A DNA stretch of 64,000 nt, from IMG/VR virus record IMGVR_UViG_3300006802_000088; one strand, given 5' to 3'. Below, one piece after another: positions 56,772 to 64,000 of the stretch. Numbering within the stretch: position 1 is the stretch's first letter; every line of letters begins with the position of its first letter. Below the pieces are notes generated by a model. The model made no database searches. It saw nothing but the letters and a program-made list of their open reading frames with translations, and had not been told where the DNA came from. Both the position numbers and the translations under genes were made by a program. Origin of the DNA: an uncultured virus (IMG/VR IMGVR_UViG_3300006802_000088) (taxonomy: Duplodnaviria > Heunggongvirae > Uroviricota > Caudoviricetes).

Positions 56772-58130
56772 ATGTCGCAAGACAATAAGAGAGTCGAAGA
56801 ACTGCAATCAGCTCTTCGCACAAAAATGGCAGAAAACAAGGCAATTGCTGATTCTTTCAAAATCGAAGAAGGCACAGTAGTCGTCTCTGCAGAGCAGAAA
56901 TCAGCGTTCGACAAGAACATGGTTGACATCAAAGAAATCAAGAGTCTCATCTCTGGTTTGTCGGCAATGGAAGAAGTTGACCAGTGGGCATCAGAGCCAC
57001 AAAGTTCAGTAGCAGGCGCATATGCTTCTGCAGCTGCAGGTGTTCAACAACTCACAAGCCGCGAAATCAAGACAATCGGCGAAATGTTCCTTGACTCACC
57101 AGAGTTCAAGTCACTCGCCAATGGTCGCAACGGCTACAACATGTCATCACCATGGCAGGTAGCTACATCGTTGACTCAACACAACTACGGAGTCAAAGAT
57201 GTCTTCAGTGCAATGCCAACAGTTGGTGCAGTTGCTCGTGGTTCGGGTCTCGGCGACTTCGGCACCATTCAGCGTGACCCAATGGTGACACCACCGATGC
57301 GCACAAAGCGTGTTCGTGACCTGTTCCCAGTTCGCACAACAACAGCATCGGTTATCGAGTACTTCCGTCAAGTTGGATTTACCTCGGTTTCAGGCGCACC
57401 AACCAACAACGCTGCATCAGTTGCAGAACGAGCAGCCGGCAACGTTTTTGCCGCTAAGCCACAATCTGGTTTCTCGTTTGTTGGTGAGCAAGTAGCAGTG
57501 AAGACATTGGCTCACTGGGAGGCTGCACACCGCAACGTCCTTGCTGATGAACCACAGCTGCGTTCAATCATTGACAATGAGTTGATGTACGGTCTTCGTC
57601 TTCTTGAAGACCAACAAATCCTCAACGGTGACGGTGCAGGAGAAAACCTTAAGGGTATTCTTCAGACATCAGGCATCCAGACTTACCTCTGGTCGTCGGG
57701 TGCTTCGGCTCCAGTCAAAGACACACGAGCAGACGCAATTCGTCGTGCGGCAACACTCGCTTACTTGGCCTACTACGAGCCAAGCGGCGTTGTTGTTCAC
57801 CCATCGGATTGGGAAAACCTCGAATTGGCAAAGGACACACAAGGTCAGTACCTGATTGCTCTTTCAGTAGCAATGGGTGGCGAACCAAAGGTGTGGAGAA
57901 TGCCAGTTGTTGACACACCAGCAATCGCACAGGGCACCTGCTTGACAGGCGCCTTCGGCACGGGAGCTCAGCTCTACGACCGTGAGCAGGCGAACATTCG
58001 CATCAGCGAACAGCATTCGGATTTCTTCATCCGCAACGCAATTGTTATCTTGGCAGAGCAAAGACTCGCTCTTGCTGTCAAGCGACCAGAAGCGTTCGTG
58101 AAGGTAACATTCGACAACGCTCCAGCCTGA
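56772..58130 (+). CDS. Major capsid protein (HK97 fold) with N-terminal delta domain
   Basis: RVRDLFP, AAKPQS, VKTLAHW, LADEPQLRSIIDNELMYGL..EDQQILNGDG, FIRNAIVILAEQRLALAVKRPEAF; AGGAG RBS. Confidence 0.97.
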   Translation: MSQDNKRVEELQSALRTKMAENKAIADSFKIEEGTVVVSAEQKSAFDKNMVDIKEIKSLISGLSAMEEVDQWASEPQSSVAGAYASAAAGVQQLTSREIKTIGEMFLDSPEFKSLANGRNGYNMSSPWQVATSLTQHNYGVKDVFSAMPTVGAVARGSGLGDFGTIQRDPMVTPPMRTKRVRDLFPVRTTTASVIEYFRQVGFTSVSGAPTNNAASVAERAAGNVFAAKPQSGFSFVGEQVAVKTLAHWEAAHRNVLADEPQLRSIIDNELMYGLRLLEDQQILNGDGAGENLKGILQTSGIQTYLWSSGASAPVKDTRADAIRRAATLAYLAYYEPSGVVVHPSDWENLELAKDTQGQYLIALSVAMGGEPKVWRMPVVDTPAIAQGTCLTGAFGTGAQLYDREQANIRISEQHSDFFIRNAIVILAEQRLALAVKRPEAFVKVTFDNAPA

Positions 58131-58142
58131 TAACTAAGTAAA

Positions 58143-58191
58143 CACAAACCCCACGCCCCCAGTAATGGGTAAGCGTGGGGTTTTTGTTTTT
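58143..58191 (+). terminator. Intrinsic terminator after capsid gene
   Basis: AAACCCCACGC...GCGTGGGGTTTTTGTTTTT. Confidence 0.85.
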
Positions 58192-58207
58192 GTGGGACAA
58201 TAGTTAT

Positions 58208-58609
58208 ATGCAAAGATTTTGGTACGGAGCGACAATACTGAATGTCGTCGACGGAGACACTGTCGACTTGATGGTGGACTTAGGTTTTAATGTCCACCAC
58301 AAAATAAGAGTTCGCCTTTACGGTATTAATACACCGGAATCAAGAACCAAAGACCTAAAGGAAAAAGAACTAGGGCTCAAAGCAAAGAAGTTTGTTGAGG
58401 ACTGGTTCTCAAATCATAAATGGGTATTTGTGAACACAATTCCTGACAAAAACGATAAATATGGACGTGTATTAGCACGAATATATTCATCGGATGATAT
58501 AGACAGCCCTCAGACAGCCTGCCTAAATATAGACATGATTCAGTCGGGCAACGCCAGAGAGTATTTTGGTGTTGGAGACAAGACTTGGGCTGAGTTCAAA
58601 ATTAAATAA
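58208..58609 (+). CDS. Thermonuclease (SNase-like)
   Basis: VVDGDTVD..VDLGF...RVRLYGINTPESRT...DKYGRVLA. Confidence 0.9.
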   Translation: MQRFWYGATILNVVDGDTVDLMVDLGFNVHHKIRVRLYGINTPESRTKDLKEKELGLKAKKFVEDWFSNHKWVFVNTIPDKNDKYGRVLARIYSSDDIDSPQTACLNIDMIQSGNAREYFGVGDKTWAEFKIK

Positions 58610-58632
58610 CCTCAATGTGGGATAATTAATGC

Positions 58633-58905
58633 ATGAAAAAAGACCTTTTTATAAATGTCCTTCTTAGAATTCTTGCTACTTTTGCAGCATCTGGTCTTGG
58701 CGTTATCGGCGCAGGAACGATTGCTGGTGTTCCAGTACTCAAGGCCGTCTTTATGGCTGGAATTGCAGGAGTTGCAGTAGTTATAGAAGGTTTGTCTAGA
58801 GCGTTTCTAGAAGATGGAAAACTTTCAACTTCGGAAATAAATGAAGTGTTCAACAGAGTTGACAAAAAATCGCCAGCGAAGGCAAAAGCGAATGAAGCGG
58901 TTTAG
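58633..58905 (+). CDS. Holin-like membrane protein
   Basis: Two hydrophobic segments and a charged C-terminus (DGKLSTSEINEVF). Confidence 0.55.
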   Translation: MKKDLFINVLLRILATFAASGLGVIGAGTIAGVPVLKAVFMAGIAGVAVVIEGLSRAFLEDGKLSTSEINEVFNRVDKKSPAKAKANEAV

Positions 58906-59107
58906 TCTTGGGTTGGTTATTGCTTTTTTGCTTACTGGCTGCGGTTATGACGGTAGTTATCGCTATTCTTGTCAAGACCCAACAAATTGGGGGAAAAAAG
59001 AGTGTGAACCACCCGTATGTGAAGTGGATGGAAACTGCACAGAAATCCTGCTTGGTTGGGACCCAGCAAAACCAAAAGTAAAAACCACACAAAACACAGG
59101 AGATTGA
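58892..59107 (+). CDS. Small lipoprotein
   Basis: MKRFSLGLVIAFLLTGC lipobox; Cys-rich YRYSCQDPTNW...CEPPVCEVDGNC. Confidence 0.75.
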   Translation: MKRFSLGLVIAFLLTGCGYDGSYRYSCQDPTNWGKKECEPPVCEVDGNCTEILLGWDPAKPKVKTTQNTGD

Positions 59108-59108
59108 A

Positions 59109-59771
59109 ATGGCTGAGAGAAATGGTTGGGGCATTGTTTACCATCGCTCAGATTGTGGTGACGATTATGTGAGAATGTATGGTTTTGGTGGCGATGCTCC
59201 GGGGTCATGCTGTGATACGTGGGGGCTCACCAGTCATGCAATAAGATACATCCACGAACATCCCGAAAAAAATCACACACTTGAAGACTTACTTGCCTTA
59301 GAAATAGTAGACGGCTACGAAATAGTAAAAGCAGGAGTAATTGACGCATACCATTGGGTGGATGAAAACGCTTGCAACTTAGCGATAACCGCACTAGTTA
59401 ATGCGGCGGTATTTGCTGCGTTTGGGCCAGAGCAACCCGAAGGTGCCGCGACATCGACCACTTTGTCATTGATGGCAGAGCCAATTCTTTGGATTGAAGA
59501 CAAGGCGACAAAAGCGGTTGTAGTAAAAGCGATGACCGAAATAATTGCTGATGCATTTTTGCTTATTCCGGAAGTCAGCAACAGCATTGACCACTCACTG
59601 TTAGACAACATAATTTCAAATTGTTTGGCTGAAAGTTTGAAACATACAGAACTGTGGGCAACACCAGCGGGTGTTTTTATTGCGATTGGGGCGGCATTTG
59701 CGCCTGTTATTGCAGATTTGATTTGTAAAAAAACTTGTCCTCAAGGATTTACGAAAGCGTTTGGAGCATAA
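59109..59771 (+). CDS. Hypothetical protein
   Basis: 220-aa coupled ORF with hydrophobic C-half. Confidence 0.6.
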   Translation: MAERNGWGIVYHRSDCGDDYVRMYGFGGDAPGSCCDTWGLTSHAIRYIHEHPEKNHTLEDLLALEIVDGYEIVKAGVIDAYHWVDENACNLAITALVNAAVFAAFGPEQPEGAATSTTLSLMAEPILWIEDKATKAVVVKAMTEIIADAFLLIPEVSNSIDHSLLDNIISNCLAESLKHTELWATPAGVFIAIGAAFAPVIADLICKKTCPQGFTKAFGA

Positions 59772-60082
59772 TGTTTAAGATAGGCAACTCTAATAACCGT
59801 CCTCGTTTAACGCCAGCAGAACTAGATGCCCGGCTCAAATTTGTGGTCGGCTGTATTCTTGGTTTTGTTCTTTTGATTACAACCGTTGGTGTTCTTTGGG
59901 CATTGGTGTTTGTGACTCAACCAATCGGTGCACAAGCAGAGAATGACAAAATGTTCTTTGGGGTTCTTTCTTCTGTGGCGACCTTCATTACAGGCACCCT
60001 TGCGGGCATTATGATTTCAACAGGGCGTAGCCCTGAAAGTAAAAGCAATAATGGAACATCTGACTCCGAAGGGTCAGAGTAA
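59771..60082 (+). CDS. Two-TM membrane protein
   Basis: ELDARLKFVVG...LWALVFVTQP...ATFITGTLAG. Confidence 0.7.
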   Translation: MFKIGNSNNRPRLTPAELDARLKFVVGCILGFVLLITTVGVLWALVFVTQPIGAQAENDKMFFGVLSSVATFITGTLAGIMISTGRSPESKSNNGTSDSEGSE

Positions 60083-60106
60083 CCCTAATTCAGAAAGCGA
60101 TTCATC

Positions 60107-60811
60107 ATGAATGACGAAGATATTCTTCTAGAAGAATTATTGCTAATTGAGCAGCAATTAAAAATTGCTTGTTGTGGTGATGCTCAATCAAAGTCAGAAG
60201 AATCAACTAATGAAGACATCGACAGAAAAATAAAAAATATAGAAGAAAAAGGACTTCCATGCTGGGAGGGCTACATCCAGGTGGGAATGAAAAAGGGAAA
60301 AAATGGGAAAATGGTTCCCAACTGTGTCCCAATTAAAAAGAAGACAGAAACAGACGAAATAGAAATATCTGAAAAATCTGAAAAACAAAAAATACGTGAC
60401 CCGAAAGGTGGGCTAACAGCTGCCGGTAGGGCTTATTTTAAACGAACAGAAGGCGCGAATCTTAAACCAGGAGTAAAAGGTGCCGCAAACACCCCAGAAA
60501 AAATGCGTCGAAAAGGTTCATTTTTAACAAGGTTTTTTACCAACCCATCAGGCCCACTTGTTGACGAAAAAGGACGAGCAACTCGTTTAGCTTTGTCTGC
60601 AGCGGCTTGGGGTGAACGTGTTCCCAAGAACGCAGAAGATGCAGCTCGTCTTGCCGAAAAAGGAAGAAATCTTCTCGAAAGATACAAAAACACAAAAGAA
60701 AAATCAGACGAACTAGACATGGAAATTAAAAATCTTGGTCAATCAATTGGACAGATGGCTGGAGTATCCCCAACATCTAATCAAGCAGTAGACCACGATA
60801 ACGAAGATTAG
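60107..60811 (+). CDS. Conserved phage protein (CWEGY...VPNCVP and DPKGGLTAAGR modules)
   Basis: Motifs recurrent in large-phage head-associated proteins. Confidence 0.65.
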   Translation: MNDEDILLEELLLIEQQLKIACCGDAQSKSEESTNEDIDRKIKNIEEKGLPCWEGYIQVGMKKGKNGKMVPNCVPIKKKTETDEIEISEKSEKQKIRDPKGGLTAAGRAYFKRTEGANLKPGVKGAANTPEKMRRKGSFLTRFFTNPSGPLVDEKGRATRLALSAAAWGERVPKNAEDAARLAEKGRNLLERYKNTKEKSDELDMEIKNLGQSIGQMAGVSPTSNQAVDHDNED

Positions 60812-60821
60812 GACAAAAGAA

Positions 60822-61163
60822 ATGCCACCTCCATCAAGAAAAAAGAAACGCGAAGAAACAAGGTCCAATGAAGAAATTGCCTTAACTTCAGCAATGAATT
60901 CGGAATACAACATAATGCACCCAATGATTAATGCTGAATATGTTCGTGTTCACAATCCTTTGACAGGTCTTGACCCATCTTTTAAAACCAATTCAGAATC
61001 TTTTCGCAATTTAATACTAGAACTGTGCGATAAAGGCCTAGACAAAAAACTTTCTAAAGAATTTGATGAGTTTTCTGTGAACTACGATTCTAAATGGTCT
61101 TTGATAAAAGAATTTGCAATGCATCCAACCACAGAAACTGTAGTAGTTGACGATGTACAATAA
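60822..61163 (+). CDS. Hypothetical protein
   Basis: 113-aa ORF. Confidence 0.5.
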   Translation: MPPPSRKKKREETRSNEEIALTSAMNSEYNIMHPMINAEYVRVHNPLTGLDPSFKTNSESFRNLILELCDKGLDKKLSKEFDEFSVNYDSKWSLIKEFAMHPTTETVVVDDVQ

Positions 61164-61332
61164 TTCAGAAAAAGCACAAATTTCATCAATAGTCTGCAAA
61201 CATTGTGGATGGCCGATACACGAAGAGCCCTATAAAGAATTTACTGTTTGGCTTGACTATCAAGGTGATGGAGTATTTTGTGGCAGACGGAACAAAGGTT
61301 TGCCGCATGAACCAAAAGAGAATGGGTTATAG
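61153..61332 (+). CDS. Small Zn-finger-like protein
   Basis: CKHC...C...HEP. Confidence 0.5.
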   Translation: MYNNSEKAQISSIVCKHCGWPIHEEPYKEFTVWLDYQGDGVFCGRRNKGLPHEPKENGL

Positions 61333-61337
61333 CAAAA

Positions 61338-61793
61338 ATGAGCAACAATACGTGGGGAACATATAAAGGACAAATATCTGGATTTCGTTTTGAGACAAAA
61401 GGTGATTCAGCGGCAGAAAAATGTCCAAAAGCCACAAAAGACATAGCCGTTAATCTTCGCAATCGTAGTAACGCAATCAAAACCGCCATGTATGGTCCGT
61501 TAAACCCATCTGAACCAAACGAGGATTATTGGAAGAAACTTGGCAAGGAATGGGATGTTGACTCCGTCAGCGCTAAAAAACAACTATGCGGCAACTGCTC
61601 TCTTTTTATTAAGACTCCGTCTATGATGGCGTGCATCGAAAGCGGCGTAACCGGAGGGGAAAGAAAAGATGAGTGGGACGCAATTGATGGTGCTGGACAG
61701 CTTGGTTATTGTGAGGCATTTGATTTCAAGTGTGCATCTAAGAGAACTTGTCGTGCATGGGTTACCGGTGGACCTATCACTAAGGAAAAATAA
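61338..61793 (+). CDS. Cys-rich conserved phage protein
   Basis: CPKATKD...YGPLNP...CGNC...GYCEAFDFKCASKRTCRAW. Confidence 0.7.
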   Translation: MSNNTWGTYKGQISGFRFETKGDSAAEKCPKATKDIAVNLRNRSNAIKTAMYGPLNPSEPNEDYWKKLGKEWDVDSVSAKKQLCGNCSLFIKTPSMMACIESGVTGGERKDEWDAIDGAGQLGYCEAFDFKCASKRTCRAWVTGGPITKEK

Positions 61794-62038
61794 TGAAAGT
61801 CTGGATTGACCAGGACTTATGTACTGGAGATGGCCTGTGCGCGGAGATAGCCCCCGATGTATTCATCATGCTGGAGGATGGGTTGGCGTACGTCCAAGAG
61901 AATGGGAAAGTATTTTCGAAAGCGCGAGGCAACCCAGAGGGAGCAAGCGGTTTAGCCTCTTTCGCAGAAGACCGCCTTGGTGATGTTATTGAGGCAGCAG
62001 AAGAATGTCCTGGTGAATGTATCTTTATCGAACCTTAA
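61793..62038 (+). CDS. fdx: Ferredoxin (single-cluster, actinobacterial type)
   Basis: MKVWIDQDLCTGDGLCAEIAPDVF...EAAEECPGECI. Confidence 0.9.
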   Translation: MKVWIDQDLCTGDGLCAEIAPDVFIMLEDGLAYVQENGKVFSKARGNPEGASGLASFAEDRLGDVIEAAEECPGECIFIEP

Positions 62039-62061
62039 ATTAAGGTTTAATTAATAATAAT

Positions 62062-62859
62062 TCACTTTCCGAATTTAGTTATAATAACATGCCCATCTCG
62101 ATGAGACGTGGGTGGCAATGTGTCAATAGCAAGAATTCGCTGCACCCATCTATCGGTACCGTCATATCGAGCATCAAATGGCCGACGACCATGTACTGTT
62201 GTCTTGTTATTTATAACAAGTAAGTCTCCTGTTTTTAGCACTATCTCACGGGTGCAATTTTTAATTGCATTTTTAAGGTGCATCAAGGCATTAGTGGCTT
62301 CATCATTTATGCCCTTCATTAAAACCTCATCGTAAGTTATATTGAAAAATCGGTCAACATTTACGTTTTTTGAAAAATCTTCCCTCAATATGGAGCAAGT
62401 AATTTCCATATCTAATTCACCGTTGGTTCGAAAACTTTCATCAATAGAGGTGGTGAACCATAACTTTGTTAACGTATCTATAACTGATGGTTCAAGATGC
62501 TTAACAATTTCATCAATATATGCGTAGGTAGTTATAGCGTTTGGGTCGCCACGAAGACAAAGCAACAAAACAGCGGTGGGTTTGTAGGGGTGAAATGCTG
62601 TTTCTGTGTGCAAACCAAGTTCTATTTTTGATGAAGTAGAAATCTGTTGATTTTCTGTTTTCTTAATTGGAAATATATTTTGAATTAATTCACCCTTTTG
62701 TTCTTGGGCAAAACTTATTGGCCAACCATAAACCTGAGCATATTTTAAAAGTATATTGCGAGATGGGTTTAGCGTTAAATTATTAAAATTTGAGTTTTTG
62801 GGCGTATTTGGAATATCGCCAATATCCAGATTCTCGACAAGGACAATACCTCTATCCAT
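62062..62859 (-). CDS. TauD/clavaminate-synthase-like Fe(II)/2OG oxygenase
   Basis: LHTETAFHP..P..VLLLCLR...GDLLVINN..VHGRRPF..RYDGTDRWVQR. Confidence 0.9.
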   Translation of the reverse strand: MDRGIVLVENLDIGDIPNTPKNSNFNNLTLNPSRNILLKYAQVYGWPISFAQEQKGELIQNIFPIKKTENQQISTSSKIELGLHTETAFHPYKPTAVLLLCLRGDPNAITTYAYIDEIVKHLEPSVIDTLTKLWFTTSIDESFRTNGELDMEITCSILREDFSKNVNVDRFFNITYDEVLMKGINDEATNALMHLKNAIKNCTREIVLKTGDLLVINNKTTVHGRRPFDARYDGTDRWVQRILAIDTLPPTSHRDGHVIITKFGK

Positions 62860-62866
62860 AGGAGAT

Positions 62867-63076
62867 TTACTCTAGTACAGAATCCGCCTCTATCCAGACC
62901 CTAGCCCCACACTTATCTGGTGTATCTGACTGCACAACTTTGGCTGCCTCATGTCCACAATTTGAGCAAATTATCGTAATGCTCTTGCTGTGTTTGGAAC
63001 CCTTATAGGTCCTATCAATAATCGCAGCGAGGCCTTTTTTAATCTTTTGTTGATGAACGTGAATAATATGTTTCAT
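62867..63076 (-). CDS. Hypothetical protein
   Basis: IIHVHQQKI...CGARVWIE, a small phage protein pattern. Confidence 0.65.
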   Translation of the reverse strand: MKHIIHVHQQKIKKGLAAIIDRTYKGSKHSKSITIICSNCGHEAAKVVQSDTPDKCGARVWIEADSVLE

Positions 63077-63150
63077 GGCGCCTCATGAGAGAATCGAACT
63101 CCCCTAAAATGCTTAGAAGGCATTTACTTTATCCACTAAGTTAATGAGGC
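63076..63150 (-). tRNA. tRNA-Arg (anticodon TCT)
   Basis: Acceptor GCCTCAT/ATGAGGC, anticodon arm AATGC-CTTCTAA-GCATT, T-loop TTCGATT, encoded CCA. Confidence 0.93.
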
Positions 63151-63683
63151 TAGATTCCTTTGTTTTTACGATAATACTTCCTTTGATATTCGCGCTGATA
63201 CTTTAGATAGGCTTCTTTTGTTTCTGGGTTCTGCCGTTTTTCTAGAGCTTTATCACGCTGACACTTCTTGCAAACGCGGTCAATCCTGCCATTTTTTCTC
63301 TTTCGTTCATACACGCCAAATTCTTCAAATAGGTGACCCTTGCGACAATGTGTGCGCTTTCTTGAAGATGAGCCTTGCCTGTCTTTCTTAAACATGTCTT
63401 TCATATTTCCAGAATTTGTGCCAAGAAATAAGTGTTTTGGGTTGACGCAAGGCGGATTGTCGCAATGATGGCAAACAAGCATTCCCTTGGGAACTTCGCC
63501 TATATGGAAAAGATAACTTGAGACATGCGCTCCGATTGGAGGTTTTTTTGTATAGTAGGCAAAAGAGCCGTATTTTTTGCTGGTCTTTCCACCTTTCCAA
63601 ATCCAACAGTCTGGATATTTATCGCTGCCCGATTTATCGACTTTCTGAAAAAATCTTTCAATGAGTGGCATATGCTTAGCCAT
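63150..63683 (-). CDS. HNH homing endonuclease
   Basis: CWIWKG...AHVSSY...VCHHCDNPPCVNPKHLFLGT..NMKDM...THCRKGH...CKKC. Confidence 0.9.
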   Translation of the reverse strand: MAKHMPLIERFFQKVDKSGSDKYPDCWIWKGGKTSKKYGSFAYYTKKPPIGAHVSSYLFHIGEVPKGMLVCHHCDNPPCVNPKHLFLGTNSGNMKDMFKKDRQGSSSRKRTHCRKGHLFEEFGVYERKRKNGRIDRVCKKCQRDKALEKRQNPETKEAYLKYQREYQRKYYRKNKGI

Positions 63684-64000
63684 TTCTCCTCTTTCTTTGC
63701 CTAATCCGCATACACTCTGCGCACGTCCTATATTTTCGTCCACTTTTTTTCACGTACCACTTTTCTCCATAAATGCTAAAGTCATGGCCCTTTCTGCAGT
63801 GATTTAACTTTTGTGGTCGTTCTGCTTTTTTCTTTTGCCTACGTTCTCTGCGCTCTTGACTCCACCTCATGTGGCAAGCCCTACAATCCCGTGTTCTAAA
63901 ACCAGTACGTTTACTGATTTTATAGATTGTATTTTCTTCATCATAAGGATGACCGTGTTTACAGTGTGTCTTCCTGCTCTCTTTGTGATTCCCATACATA
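63676..64000 (-). CDS. HNH endonuclease-type Zn-finger C-terminus (truncated by window edge)
   Basis: THCKHGHPY...CRAC and NHCRKGH...CAEC repeats, as in the neighbouring HNH gene. Confidence 0.7.
   Translation of the reverse strand, partial: MYGNHKESRKTHCKHGHPYDEENTIYKISKRTGFRTRDCRACHMRWSQERRERRQKKKAERPQKLNHCRKGHDFSIYGEKWYVKKSGRKYRTCAECMRIRQRKRRNG

Overview
64 kb of a large, AT-rich tailed phage with a contractile tail and an HK97-type head. The host is probably an actinobacterium; this is inferred from leaderless promoters and an actinobacterial-type ferredoxin. Order, left to right: end of a Gly-rich fibre gene; a sulfotransferase/2OG-Fe(II) oxygenase island; a leftward tail operon (fibres, baseplate, tape measure with an M15-type peptidase domain, frameshifting chaperone, tube, sheath, neck); a histone-like protein; an IbrA/IbrB-like PAPS-reductase/ParB cluster; RuvC/Cas4-like/Rad52 recombination genes and large terminase; then a divergent head operon (portal, 3112-aa prohead-protease fusion, acidic PepSY protein, 2649-aa polyvalent protein, major capsid); then nuclease, membrane genes, ferredoxin, a TauD-like oxygenase, tRNA-Arg(TCT) and HNH endonucleases. 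Two observations stand out. (1) The prohead protease heads a polyprotein-like ORF whose cargo domains (HTH, WYL-like, ArdC/metallopeptidase, UvrD helicase) are separated by 14 copies of an LSSG motif, which are candidate cleavage sites. (2) The non-coding gap at 25.87-26.2 kb holds two promoter-to-hairpin small-RNA candidates, one complementary to 23S rRNA helix 69-70 and one to the 16S 3' tail. All calls come from reading motifs by eye; no searches were run.
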